Origin: Octopus vulgaris
Taxonomy: Eukaryota
Assembly: GCA_951406725.2 (NCBI GenBank)
Contig: OX597820.1
Location: 6,510,001-6,574,000, forward strand
Length of the DNA: 64,000 bases
Direction of reading: 5' to 3'
Below, in pieces: positions 13,226 to 26,835 of the stretch. Under the pieces are notes generated by a model, which was given only the letters and a program-made list of their open reading frames with translations, had not been told where the DNA came from and did not search any database. How positions within the stretch are numbered: position 1 is the first letter of the stretch; each line of letters starts with the position of its first letter. The position numbers and the translations under genes are program-made.

Positions 13226-15425
13226 CATTTGTGTGTGTTCTCGAATATTTGGACAAGAAAGCTGAAAATAATTCGCATGAATATAAACATATTTTAATTG
13301 AATGGTAAGAGAACTTACTTTCAAAAACTTGTACAACATTCTTCGTCCGCTGAAGAAATTTCATGCAGGTAAATTTTGGTATCCTGCAAATAAAGACAGA
13401 AAATATATGCTTGAAAAATATTCGTTATTTTATACCAATATTTAGCTTACTCCTTATCTCCCTTCTGAGAGTACGTTGGCTGTTACTACTCCTGAGTAAA
13501 TATTTGTATCTCTAACAAAATTTAATATGATTTCTAGCAAGTTATTCTATTTCTGTGTATGCGTGTGCGCATGTATGTGCATGAATATGGCTGTGTATGT
13601 GAGCACGTGCACGTGCGTGTGTCACGAGATTTAACTCTTCTCATGATGTGACCAATGGTAAATATTAAAGCACGTAGACCCAATGTATGCTACTCTCTCT
13701 CTCTTCCTCTTTCGGTCTCTATATGTTTATTTGTTTCTATATGTTTCTCTGTCTTTCTCTCTCTGTATATGCGTGTGCATCTGTGAGAGCGCGCGCGCGT
13801 GCGTGTGCGTGTGTGTGTGTGTGTGTTTACATGTGTGTCTAGATTTACACGTTTTCATCTAGAATTCATCTACCAAAATGGATACTCTCTATTTGAATTC
13901 ATCCACCAAAATGGATACTCTCTATTTGTTCCGTCTTAATGTTTTTCATGCATTGATTCAGTAAGCTGCTCATGTGATAATACATCCAACGTACGAAGCC
14001 GAAGTCTCATCAAAAACGGTTATTCCAAACAATTGATTAGTGAAGTTACATAGGCATGTATAAATGGCCTTTCGATGAAAGGTCTTAAAACCATGAATCA
14101 TTCTTTCTGAAATGCAACGAGAAAAGGGCCATCGCAACTTTGGCAAACTCCTTCTGGAAAAATGACAGACTACATCTACTACAACAATAAACTGAGAGTC
14201 TTCGAAAAACAAATCCATACATAAATGTATAATGGAAACAAAAGATTTTATAGCAGGAAAGTGCATGCCTAAGTTAAGACAAAACTCGCATTTTCTCGAA
14301 CCATGTATCTATGGATTTGCCCGAACGAATTCCACAAAGAATTTTGCTCTACGTTGAAATGGCTTCACCGGCTGCACCACTTATTAATAAAGATGTTTGT
14401 TTAGTTCTGGTTCTGTTTTGATCTCGGTGTGTTTTGAATTCGGACATAAAAGATCGTAAGAGAATACTGCAGGGCATGCACCGCCACTTTCTACCTGTAA
14501 CAATAATGATTGGTACTAGCTTTGATGAAGATAATAATCAGAATTAATTTTGAAGCTATCAATACCAGAACTTTGTATCTTTTTATTTTTGGTTTAATGA
14601 TAATGATTAAAGGTAAAACATAACAAAATGGTTTAGAAAGGTAAAAAAAAAACAAAAAAGAAAATGTGTTGCTGAATCTTTTGAAATTATATTATTTGTT
14701 GATAATTGAATTAGTAATGGAGCTCACATCTAAAAATGGCATTTCTTATGGCAAAGAATCCTTACATTATACAGAACCAAACTCAGCCTGAAAACAATAG
14801 CAACTATTCTTTTAAGTGTTATGGCGTGTTATATGAGCGAGCACTAGACACAGCACACATTCATTCACGCACACACACACACACAAAAATGTTCCCCCAA
14901 ACTAAACACCCATACACACACACATGCAAACACATGAACACAAACCCACATATAGACACACACACATTCAGACACGCCTACCCATGCACATACATATGAA
15001 ACGCTCCTTCACTCACCCACGGAACTGAGTATTATTCACGGTACGCACTCAGGAATAAAAACAAAGTCGTGATGCTATTTCATGATGTTGTTTTTGTTGT
15101 TGTTTTTGTAACGGTGCATTGATGGAAGACATAATGCTGTCCACATCTAATTTATGACAAATATTAATTGAATTTCGGGAGGAAAAACACCGAAGACTGT
15201 TACAGCTCTCACCGTTTTATTAGATAATCAAATATATATATTAGTCGACTATCGCTTTATATGTTTTGTTTTGCTGCAAAAAATTTCCATCCTCTCTTAC
15301 AATCACTATCATTACAATCACAATCACAATTATTATTATTATTATCAGTATTATTATTATCGAAATTGTTGTGCTTGGTATGGAGGATGCTAGGAGACGA
15401 CTTCGTATGTCGAAAAACTAACAAT

Positions 15426-15477
<52 letters not shown>

Positions 15478-16399
15478 TAATAATAATACAGTTTACTCAT
15501 CTTCGGTGTATCTAACTAAATAACATGTTATTGTTGCTTTTGTTGGTGTTCTTATTATTATTGACTGGTGACCTGTCTAGACGTGTTTTTCATGCCACAC
15601 TTCGTCGTTCTGGATTTCACCAAATTTAAACTGCGTAAAGGCATAGTTTATTGAATGAATTTTTATACAAGTATTACAGAATTCTTTTTGAAATCTGCTC
15701 AAACAGTGCAAGTCGAAAAAGAGAAGTCTATCTTTATCGAAATTTTATCGTCTTCGTTGGCTGCCGACCTCTGTGCAGATGACAAGGATGAGGACACTCT
15801 ACTCCACAAAAGCAAACCTATTGAAGGAAAAGTAATTCCAGCACAATTTCAATATACCCCACTACAAAACACACAAAAAAAAAAATAGCCATGAAGATTC
15901 TTTTGCTGTTAAAACCTTTGGAAAAGTAGCGAATATTTTCCGTGGATGGTATCAGTGATTGCTGTTGTGATCGTTCTTTGCAAATATAACGTGAAAGACA
16001 ACATATCAGTAAAAGGAAAATATTATGTAATACCAATCAGTGTGGTTTTAATGCGAACCAATGACACAAACTAGAGAAGGAAGCAAAATTACTCTGTAGC
16101 GTGAAATACGCTCGGTCGGAAAGGGTAGATTATATGGAACTATATGCATTATATAAACCTGAGTACGAGATGAGGAAATAAGCTAAGTTAGTGTATCACA
16201 CGTGTTGCCGTGGAAAACATAGGGTACTAAGAAACACGAGGGTTATCCCGATACACTTCAGAGACGTTGTCAAGCGTTGCTTCATTGCGACATGTGTGGC
16301 ACAATGTGTTAGTGTTGAGTGCCGATTTGATATTTTGTTATATGTACTGTGTGGAGATACAATGGCTCTAAAACTCCCTATGACAACCATACGCGATTA

Positions 16400-18130
16400 A
16401 GCAATTTAATATCTGTTATTTGTCCATGAGAAACGCTTCAACGAGAAATACTTTACGGCTGGTCTTCCATCACAGAAAGCCCAACGGTTGCGCAGATGGA
16501 TGTAAATATTATCCAAGAAGATTTTTCTAAAAGAGGTTCAGAATCGGGTGAGGGACATCGGACAGCAATCAAAGTCGTAGACACCCAGTATGATTATCCA
16601 AATATTCTTGGATATGCCTTCGGGTGTATGCCTAACTCACCTGTTTCGTTTTTGTTGTTTGCTATAGCTAACCATTATTTCCATTGTATGCAATCCTCAA
16701 TTCTGTCCTATATATACGTGTTTTCTTTCATCGTTATAATTAAGCAGCCACAAAAATGGGGTTGAGTGTTTCTTCGCTATTTGAATATATTCTGCACCTC
16801 CATATTGTATGCTACACTAGTTTCTTTTGTAATTTCTAGCGTTATTTTAATGTTCCGTCTGTTGCGTATTTGTTCATATGTACATGCAATGAGAATTGTG
16901 TTATTTCGTTTGTGTTTGGTACGTTTCGTGCACCTGTAGGTACGGGGCTTAGCGTCGGGACGTGATTATTAGTGTATGTCTTGTGTGGGTTGTGTTAGAC
17001 GTCTGTTCTGGAAAATGGGAGAATGTGTAAAGTATGAGATATGTGAGTTGTTAGGCTACAATGCATCGATTGTATTAATTATATTTGAGCATGTGTTGTC
17101 TCATGTTATTTTAGGTGGTAATTATGTATGGTAAACGTAGGGTATATGTAGGGTATGTAAGATGCATATAACAGTATATAACGGTTGCTGATGATTCAAT
17201 AGTGTATGTGTTTTATTGCTTTTATTGGGTAGCAATTATATGGGGTACCTGTGTGCAGAGCGTCTACTGTCCCAGTTGCGATATTGAACAGAAAATGTAT
17301 TGCGAAAGATGTCAGTTACAAATCTATGTTTCGGATTGTTGTAAGACCTGATATGGCTGGTATTTCCTTTCGCGTGCTAAATACTTCTACCATAATTGGT
17401 ATAATTTTCTTATTTCCGTGTCCGAAATCTCATTTGTGTCAATTCATCTTCATTCCCTCTGGTTAATATTTTGGTCAGAACAATTTGAATGTATTAAAAA
17501 ATTCGATGCAAATCTTGATGCCTATATCAGGTCGGTTATCATTGAACTCTGTTTCAGCCTGGTAAGATCGACTCATCCAACTGGTGATTCTAATCCTCAT
17601 CATCATTATTATTATCTCAGTAGTTATTATTGTCATTAGGATGGTTGCTTTTATTATTAATATCAGGGCCATTTTTACGGTTTTATTTTTTTTTTTGCTA
17701 GATTATTGCTTCATTAAACATTGTCCTTGGTTATAACTTCCCTCCGAAGCAGACTAAAGTTAAATTAATATAATTTCACAACTATTTCATTAAATTTAAT
17801 GAAATTTCACTCTGATTTTCACATACGTCTAGGCTGTTTGTGCCATAACATTTACCAGTTTTAACTGATACACCAGTTTGTAACTGTATATATGGCACAT
17901 ATATGTAAGTATAAAGTATATGGATAGCGAAGAAAGAATAGCAAATTCTTTTGAACATCCCATCGCAGAATCCGAGCGGATAATGAGGATTAAAACTGAT
18001 TAAATGAATGTATTTTGTGAAGGATACCAATCAAAGATGGCGACTACACTACATCTTCCTGCTTTTTGATACGCGTCACGAACGCGTTGGTATATTGAAT
18101 TGTAGAATGATTGATAGCACAATAGATTTT
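16400..18130 (-). pseudogene. Highly decayed Penelope-like RT ORF
   Basis: Minus-strand peptides in the expected order: SFFAIHILYTYI (cf. SFDVxSLYTNI), CFGGKL* (cf. FxFxGxxY), EIP..VTDIFRNTFSVQYRNWDS (cf. TDIYRKPTxTxQYLxxDS) and LRIAY. Many stops and frameshifts. Confidence 0.5.
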
Positions 18131-18144
18131 GGGTAATAGCAATC

Positions 18145-18178
18145 ATATATATATATGCATATATATATATGTACATAT

Positions 18179-18209
<31 letters not shown>

Positions 18210-18270
18210 CGAATGTATATGTACACATACAAACATATATATATAAATATATATATGTACACATACAAAC

Positions 18271-18311
<41 letters not shown>

Positions 18312-18725
18312 AATATACGTATATATATATATATATATACATATATGTGGGTGTGTATATCTGTATGTATGTATAAATATATGCATGCACTCACACACAA
18401 ATACTATGTATATATATATAAATATACACATATATATACGTATATATACATACACATATATATACATACATATATATGCATACACATATATATACATACA
18501 TATATATACATACACATATATATACATACATATATATACATACACATATATATACATACACATATATATATACATACATACATATATATACATACACATA
18601 TATATACATACATACATATATATACACATATATACATATACATACATATACATATATATACATATATATGCACATATATATATATATACACATATATATA
18701 TATATATATGTATATATTATATACA
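18145..18725. repeat. Compound (TA)/(TACA) microsatellite
   Basis: Direct reading. It is the source of many spurious YI-rich ORFs. Confidence 0.95.
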
Positions 18726-20354
18726 TTCAATCATAGCAGTATATGGAGAGAGGTAGTAAGTAGCAGAATGAGATAAAAGGTGAGAATAAGAGAGGATAGA
18801 GAATAAATGTGTCGCTTTTTCTAAAACTGTTCTCTTGACGCCTCATCCTTTTGGTTCCTTACACCAAAATAACATGTTCAACCTAAATGCAATATATTTG
18901 TCCCCACCACTAGTATTCCGATTCATTCTAGCATGTAAGCTTCCATTCCTCCGGTTAATTCCTTGAGGTATAAATATTCCCAGTTTGACGGTTCAGTGAA
19001 TCTGATATTCTTTGCGTAATGCAATCACTGTTATATTGAAGAACTTGTAGAGAAATCTGCGAATATTTGACGAAAGTATTGATATTCTGGTGTATATCGG
19101 ATGATATAAAAAAGATGAAAAAAAAAAAAAATAAACGAAAATACCAAACATTGGACGATTTCATAATTCTTTGAAAAATAGGAAATACGGCTGGGTATCG
19201 GAAAGGAAGAATAAGTGCAAATCGATATTGTGACAGTGGGCGTTTCCAGTAAGAGATATGTCCTGCATGTCTAGTTAAGACGTCGTAAATTATCGAGCGT
19301 CATTAACAATGTGGGAAATATCATAACTCGAGCGATAGATAATAACACTCTTAAGATAAATATGTTTGTAGAAAGACAAAGAGATGAGGTCTGTTTAGTT
19401 ATCTCAACGATAATTTTAGCAAAGGAAATATAAATGGAAAAATATCAGCCCATACCTGGAACGTCATGCCCTCCACACACCGCTCCTTATTTTCTTTTTA
19501 AGAATCAAAAGACAAAAGTAGAACCGTTAAAGAGGTCACGGATGGTTAATGTCCAAATACTTGCACGCACACAGACAAGCAGTCACTCGAGTCTACACGC
19601 TCAGTCACACACACGCACGCACAGACACATACACACAAACTCATCCTTACCTTCTCTTGTAAGCAACCATATCTACATACACACATACAAGCATACATAC
19701 ACAGAAACATGAGACTAATCCTGAGACAGACTCAAGGCAGACATCGAAGTGAGAGGGCATGTTATTGATGAGGTTAAGAATAGCGACGAAAGGGTTTTAA
19801 CAAACAAAAACCGATTGATTATAATCAACGTAGAGCAACACATCAAACAAACGATCGATTAATTAGCTGGTTAGATATTTAACCAATTCCTATTATTAGT
19901 GACGTAATCACTCTCCCCAGACACAACAAAGCAAAATAAAGGAAAAAACAAACTATTTAAGAATTTGTTGTAATTGTCAACGCAAAACCCGTCGAAAATT
20001 ACTGGTATTCTGCATTAACATATCCAAGTCCAACTCGGTGGTGATCCGGACCCTAACACAGCTAGCAGTTCAAATCTGCTTGTTCATCTCTACACTCTAT
20101 ATGCTATATGCAATGGGTTATCAGACAAAAAAGCGGGTGGTTCCCCTCATATTTAATTCCGTTTGAGTGTTACTTGAACTGACACACAAAATATTTTTAT
20201 CGTGGTGCAGTGTTTATTTATTCATTTCTTGCTCTGTTCTTCCTCTGTAATTTTGTGTATCGTTTTTGAAATTTGAATAAGTACCAAAAAAAAAATGAAA
20301 GTATCGATCTAACAACCCACTACAGCATATGTGGGCAGCAAACAGCTAAGCATC

Positions 20355-20528
20355 GGTTTCAAATTTTGGCTCAAGGCCAGGAATTTCGGGACAGGGGCTT
20401 GGCGATTACATCGATCCCACTGACCAACAGGTAACAGGTAGTTACTTTATTGACCCCCGAAAGGGTGAAATGCAAAGTGGAATTTGGAATTTGAACTCAG
20501 AAAGTAAAAAACCAGACGAAGTGCCGCC
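20355..20528 (-). mobile_element. Diverged family C SINE fragment
   Basis: gattacatcgatccc...gacccccgaaagggtgaaa...gaatttgaactcagaa matches 37620-37720. Confidence 0.65.
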
Positions 20529-20884
20529 ATGGAATGGGGAGTAAATATCGGTAATTAGCGAATCTAAGGGAGGCACTTAGATGCAACTCTCATCATAGGA
20601 TACAATGTACTCCAGTCGCACCCACAGGGTCCATGTCGTAAGTACGGGGAAATGAAATCGAAAGCATTCCGAGTGACAACGCTGAGGCTCATACTTTGCA
20701 GAAAATGTCAGAGTAATAAAGGACTAGGAAGTACTTTGGAGGAGAATTAGCTGCTATTTCTTTGTCCATCGAGTGTAGAGAGGACGTAGTTTATCTGTTG
20801 GCCTATATACACCCATTCACATGCACATATATACATAAATATCTATAGGTATATACACGCATATATATACACACACACGTACGT

Positions 20885-21077
20885 GTGTACCGTTGGCGAT
20901 TTTTTCCCTCCGTCTTCCCTTCCTTGGATCTTTCCTTTTCCTATGTTTCTGATGAAGCGATCCGCTCGAAACGTTAAATCCTCCTTCTTTCTTTTCTTTC
21001 CTGAGCGTCCAATAACGCTACTTGTTCTATGTCCTCGCGTTGTTGTGTTTTCTCTGTGTTTTCATGTTTGGATTAAC

Positions 21078-21080
<3 letters not shown>
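20885..21080 (+). mobile_element. Short HHR-bearing repeat (PLE-terminal-like)
   Basis: Contains the HHR at 20945. Its 3' part matches 57315-57410 (reverse) and resembles 3245-3350 and 59690-59790. Confidence 0.6.
20945..20979 (+). ncRNA. Minimal hammerhead ribozyme
   Basis: gttt CTGATGA agcg atc cgct c GAAAC GTT aaat, with palindromic AACGTT at stem III. Confidence 0.65.
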
Positions 21081-21109
<29 letters not shown>

Positions 21110-21141
21110 CATACATACATACAAATACATACATACATACA

Positions 21142-21173
<32 letters not shown>

Positions 21174-21991
21174 AAGATTAGATATTTATATATTTATTAT
21201 ATGACACAATAGCATTTGATTTGAGGAATATTTAGCTACAATGTTTTGCAAGTCGAGCGAATACGGAGATTGTTTCGCGCATTTAGTATATATGACAGAG
21301 AAATACATTTCAAGAATATTTAACTATTATTTTTAGTGAATCGAGCTAATACGATTTTCATCGGCCTCCATAAGTGCCATAAACCTCTTGTGTTATTCAC
21401 CAATTTTAGTATTTTGTAGGGAAAAATCTGTGTATTTAACATAAACATATTGCACTCATATTTACCGAAGTTATTCTGTTCCTGTAATTATTCTCCAGAT
21501 AGTTGCTAAGTATTCATCCTTCCAGCAAATTGTATTTATTTAATACAGTTGGTTGCACTGCACTGTATTAGCATTCCTACACACACACAAGCGCGCGCAC
21601 ATACATACATGGACGGAAACACGAACGCATACGAACACAAACACACACACACACACACATACAAATACGCACACAAACAAGTAATTCATTCATGACAACT
21701 ACAGAAAAATGGAACCCAAAAGGAAACCACAAAAACATGACAAAATGATATTGGAAAATGAAACGGAGCCGACGTGGATGAGAAGCCGCCACTCTGATGG
21801 TTATCTATGGAGCACGGGTACAATATAAATAACAGTTCTCGCCTGAAGATTGCAGTGTGCATGTATGTATGTATGTATGCCTGTGTATGCATACATGTTT
21901 GTTTATATGTTTATATATATATATATATATATATAATAGAAATATTAAAATTACTAAGTCTCTCTAAAGGAGATTACGGCAGCGTTACTGG

Positions 21992-22382
21992 AAATTAATA
22001 GTTATCGCCATACTTATATGGCAGTCTTATAAATATAAGACTAAAGCTGTCGCTGATTAGCTCCAAGAGGCCACCGCCTCAAGCTAGCTATTTGACACAC
22101 AACCTGCGTCCATTATAAACCTTCGAACAGGGACAGTCAGTAGCGACACCTGCTGGGTCTCACTACGCTGCATTGATAAAGGGCAAATACCCTGAAACAT
22201 GTCTGCAGCTGTCTGACTGGCAGGATGAAGCGGCTGACCTCCCCTCTTCGAAGGTTTATAATGGACGCAGGTTGTGTGTCAAATAGCTAGCTTGAGGCGG
22301 TGGCCTCTTGGAGCTAATCGGCGACAGCTTTAGTCTTATATTTATAAGACTGCCATATACGAATGGCGATAACTATTAATTT
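21992..22382. repeat. 136-bp inverted repeat with 119-nt spacer containing an HHR
   Basis: Arms 21992-22127 and 22247-22382 are nearly perfect reverse complements. Confidence 0.95.
22167..22209 (+). ncRNA. Type I hammerhead ribozyme with U3-A8 core
   Basis: gctgca TTGATAA aggg caaata ccct GAAAC AT GTC tgcagc. Stem I 6 bp, stem II 4 bp, palindromic ACATGT, GUC site. Confidence 0.8.
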
Positions 22383-22664
22383 ATATATATATATACTTAA
22401 GTATATATGCCTGTCTCTCGCTAGTGTTACAAACAAGAGTGCTTATACGCACCAAAATCCTTATAAGAAGTTATCTGGTGTTAATTATCGCAGTATTTTG
22501 TGTTCTAACACAATATCTACTTTTATGTGTGGATACATTATTACCTAAATAAATAAATGTATATATGGTGGTGCTATTAAGTTAGACATGGTCTGGGCCA
22601 ATAATGGTCGAAACCTATCAAAGTATCAAAGTATCAAAGTATATATATATATATATATATATAT

Positions 22665-22901
22665 ATCTTATAATTAAGGGCTAAAGAAGGTTATTCTAAA
22701 GCCAATACACTGATTTATCCACTTATAATCCACTTGTTACAGGAAAATTGAACTGAGAGCGGGCAACTAACCTTGAAATTTAAATTTTCTAAAGGTTAGT
22801 TGCCCGCTTTCAGTTCAATTTTCCTGTAACAAGTGGATTATAAGTGGATAAATCAGTGTATTGGCTTTAGAATAACCTTCTTTAGCCCTTAATTATAAGA
22901 T
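22665..22901. repeat. Near-perfect 110-bp-arm palindrome (foldback)
   Basis: Arms 22665-22774 and 22792-22901 with one mismatch and a 17-nt loop. Confidence 0.95.
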
Positions 22902-23002
22902 GTTTATACTTCAACCGTAAAGGTTTTTTCTAATATACTGCCACGCTTTTTGATGGAATCCTTTTCTGTAGAGAAAGGGACTTCATCCTATATTGTTAGT
23001 AG

Positions 23003-23066
<64 letters not shown>

Positions 23067-23084
23067 TGAATTCAATTATCATTG

Positions 23085-24992
23085 TATCTCTAAGAAAGGA
23101 GGCGCTAGCCATCGATTACATCAACATTGAGGAAACAGATGTACCAGCGTCCATACATGAAATGAACTCATGCTCCGCAACTGGCCCTGGTGGATTCCCA
23201 GCTATTCTTCTGAAGTCATGTAAGCAGGCTTTAGCGAAACCACTTCAGATTCTTTTCCTAAATTTCCTTGCAACAGGTAAACTTTCTAAAAAGATAAAAG
23301 AAGGCATGATATGCCCTATTCACAAAGGTGGAATCAGAGCAGAGGCCAAAAACTACAGGCCAATCTCTCTGACTTCACATATCATTAAAGTCATGGAACA
23401 CATCATCAGAAAAAAAGTTGATAATGTTCCTAGAAGAAAATGACCAACTGAACAATACGCAGCGTGGCTTCCGTCCAGGAAGAAGCTACCTCACGCAGCT
23501 CCTAGAGCACCTTGACTGGGTTTTGAAACATCTGCTTTTGAAACAGCAGCTTCACCTATCAGATATCATCGTTAGATACCTGACCTTGCAAAGAGATTTG
23601 GTATGGTAAATCATGGCATGATATGTCATAAGACAGAGACCATTGCTGGTAAACTGGAAGAGTGGCTTCATGATTCCCTTAAAGAGAGAAATCAGGCAAT
23701 TGCAGCCAATGTTAGCCTTTCTGACTAAACTCAAATCCTTAGTGGCGTCCCTCAAGAAACTGTTCTGGGGTCATTATTGTTCATAATGGCTCGTGTAGAC
23801 ATACCCACGGTAACTCGGACAGCCACTGTCACTAGCTATGCCAATAATACAAAATTATCACTGGCAGTAAAATATGAAAACGACGACGTAATCTTACAGA
23901 TTTCGATATACAGATGGACCGGAATAAACAACATGCAGTTTAATGTGGGAAAAGGCGGCGAGCTGGCAGAAACGTTAGCACACCGGGCGAAATGCGGAGC
24001 CGTATTTCGTCTGCCGTTACGTTCTGAGTTCAAATACCGCCTTTCATCCTTTCGGGGTCGATAAATTAAGTACCAGTTACGCACTGCGTTCGATGTACTC
24101 GACTTGATCTCTTTGTCTGTCCTTGTTTGTCCCCTCTATGTTTAGCCCCTTGTGGGTAATAAAGAAATAAATATGGGAACATTTCAAGCACCACTATCAA
24201 CTCGCGAATGCACTACAATCTGCATATACAGGACCCAAAGGCACTATAGTATACAGGACCCAAAGGCACAAGCAGTGAAAGACTTGGGGGATCAGAATGT
24301 GCAATGACGCATCATCTTATATGCACATTACCATGAAGGCAGCAAAAAGCATAGAACTGGTAGAATGCTTACTGAGGTCCTTCAAGACAAGAGACGAAGA
24401 AATAAACTGTGGAGAACCTTTGTTCTCAGCCGCCTAGACTACTATTTCCAGTTATGGTCATCACATAGTGTCAAACTAACAGCGCAGTTCGAAGCATTTC
24501 AACGCCATTACACTAAACGTTTGAAACAGAGCAGCTGATGAGCTACAAATATAGGCTGAGAAATCTGCAACTTTACTCCCTGGACCGAAGGCAAGAGATA
24601 AGCAATAATCTGCGAATGGAAAACTCTAGGTCTAGTACCTAATTTCGCCATTGCCTGTTATACAAATGCCAGAACTGGCCATTGTATTTTACCAAAAGTA
24701 CCATCCACTCCATCTAAATTCAGGACTAAGTACTGCAATTGTCTAGGGATCAAATGCCCAGTTCTTCAATGCCCCTGCCACAAAAAATTAAGAAATCTGC
24801 ATAAGGTGGAACAAGATGTCTGGAAAAAGGAACTAGACGTACTCTTCTCCACAACACCAGGTAAACCAACAGCTGGGACAAAGGCACATACAGGTGTGGG
24901 GGTGTGAAACACATCAGACTGAGGAGATCAGAAAGACAACGGTAATGCACCAGGAGGACTGCAGCCGCGTGGCTGAAACGAGTAAAAGAGTA
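23085..24992 (+). mobile_element. 5'-truncated, decayed CR1-like LINE (RT ORF2 and 3' tail)
   Basis: Motifs GPGGFPAILLK, NYRPISLTSHIIKVME, QRGFRPGRSYLTQLL, SGVPQETVLG, YANNTK and FNVGK. Frameshifted. Tail cagccgcgtggctgaaac. Confidence 0.9.
23952..24169 (+). mobile_element. tRNA-derived SINE, family C, nested in the LINE
   Basis: Head ggcggcgagctggcagaaacgttag...gagttcaaat. Probable TSD aatgtgggaa (23942) / aatatgggaa (24170). Confidence 0.88.
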
Positions 24993-25113
24993 CTATATAT
25001 ATATTTGAAAAAGGAGATGTGGAATACGAGTTGTGATATATAAAAAGAGGAAATGAAGAAAATGCTGACAAAATAATTTAAGTAAGGGAGAGTGTATTTA
25101 ATTAGGTGAAAGT

Positions 25114-25153
25114 TCTTTTTACCGGTTGCGCATTTGTAATGCTTATCAAAAGA
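25114..25153 (-). ncRNA. Degenerate minimal hammerhead with U3-A8 core
   Basis: Minus strand: tctt TTGATAA gcatt aca aatgc GCAAC CG GTA aaaaga. A13C substitution, palindromic ACCGGT. Confidence 0.6.
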
Positions 25154-25200
25154 TATTTTTTAAAGAGAGATAGAGTTCCTTTCTGATAGATTTTTTTCTC

Positions 25201-25246
<46 letters not shown>

Positions 25247-25412
25247 TACTGATTGCTTTGTGTTTTGGCTCTGGCGGTTCATGAGTCATAAAGAGTCAGC
25301 TGGCAGAAAAGATGGTTCTTTTCTGCAGGTCGACAATGCGAGTTTCAATTCCAGTCACTCTTAGTATTTTGACTAGCATTTTGGTGATGTGCCATCGCAC
25401 CAATTGCCATTG

Positions 25413-25467
<55 letters not shown>

Positions 25468-25470
<3 letters not shown>

Positions 25471-25765
25471 GTGATCCTGTGACCGACCAGACCATCAGAT
25501 GTTTTACACATCGCTGGTCACAATGCGTTCGCATTGTTTTAGCCTTCGAATGACGCCACCCCGCTGGCTAAACGAGCAGGCCAACAGAAGAGTGAGAGAA
25601 AGAGTGGTGAAAGAGTACAGCAGGGATCACCACCCCCTGCCGGAGCATCGTGGAGCTTTTAGGTGTTTTCGCTCAATAAACACTCACAACGCCCAGTCTG
25701 GGAATCGAAACCGCGATCCTACGACCGCGAGTCCGCTGCTCTAACCACTAGGCCATTGCGCCTCC
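25468..25765 (-). mobile_element. tRNA-derived SINE, family A, full length
   Basis: A box tggcctagtgg and B box ggtttcgattccc on the minus strand. Homologous to 731-1005 and to the head of 61988. Confidence 0.92.
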
Positions 25766-25772
25766 ACATATA

Positions 25773-26625
25773 TCACTTATGATAAAAGGCAGATTTTCTC
25801 TGCCTCCCAAACCGTTCGTTTTTTATACAATTCTACAATATAGAATTTCTTCAATTGGAATTTACCTATCATTTTTACAAGTAGATTCCATCGGGTCGTG
25901 GCATGTAAAGTTTTTTCAATTTCACCCCCAATTAAGCAAAAATTCGAGAAAAGTAAATATTTTACGATTCCCCTCTTTCATTTCAAGTGCTTCACTCCTA
26001 CCATTACCACTACACTTTCTCCTCCTTTCTCTTTGCAAGTGTGCTACAATTAAAGTGAAAGGATTTATATAAAATGGATGAGCAATTAATACTGGTCATC
26101 CTTTTTGCTAGAAGAAGATCCGCTGTTGTCTTATATGCTACACCACTGGTTTTCATTTCATATTAATCAAATTAATATTCAATTTTTCACCCTTATTATG
26201 TGTGTGTGTATTAGCAATTCGTATAAAATTGCATCAATGACTTGAACTTGAATAAGTGGTTTCACATAAATGGGGATACATTAAAAAGGTTTGTTGTTAT
26301 TATTATTACTGTTTGACTATTGTAATCACGTTTGTTGGTTCCTCGTCAGGGAAACGTTGTTGTGTTGCATTTGTTAAATAATTGTAAATCGTAACCCTCC
26401 TCCTTTCGGAGAAGGGGCTTTGGTTATTGTTTTCAAATTGAATTGTGTCCCTGTTTGGGGAAATTGACAATATTTTCACCGTCTTTACGGAAGCATTTTT
26501 GTTAAAATGCCTTCGATAGAAGAAAGTCCAAAAATGAATTTCGCTGCAGCCGTACACTTCTATACAAGAGTGGGGACAATATCCAATTGATCGAAATTGC
26601 AAGAGACGGGCCTACAATTCCAGTC
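25773..26625 (+). mobile_element. Possible non-autonomous Helitron-like segment
   Basis: Starts a|tc after an AT context and ends gcaagagacgggcc..ccag|t, resembling a decayed hairpin and CTAG end. It lies next to the Helitron helicase fragment. Support is weak. Confidence 0.3.
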
Positions 26626-26835
26626 TGTTATATATTTTGAGTATTTTTATCACTAGCGATATCAAGATATAACTTTCTATTTTGTATTTTATGTGTAGAT
26701 GTATATATATATATATAGATGTGCATGTAATATGTACACATATATATATATACACATATATACATGCATAATATATCTACCCATACACACACGTACACAC
26801 ACACATACATAGGGGCAGGTGTGGCTGTGTGGTAA

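Noticed and set aside
13863-13927. 33-bp tandem duplication
   Set aside because: An ordinary local slippage duplication with no further structure.
15655-15888. 77-aa ORF with non-repetitive composition
   Set aside because: No recognisable domain or convincing splice context, so it cannot be called as an exon without transcript data.
26300-26420. CTGACGA and CCGAAA on the minus strand
   Set aside because: The order and pairing do not give stems I-III, and no hammerhead fold could be built.
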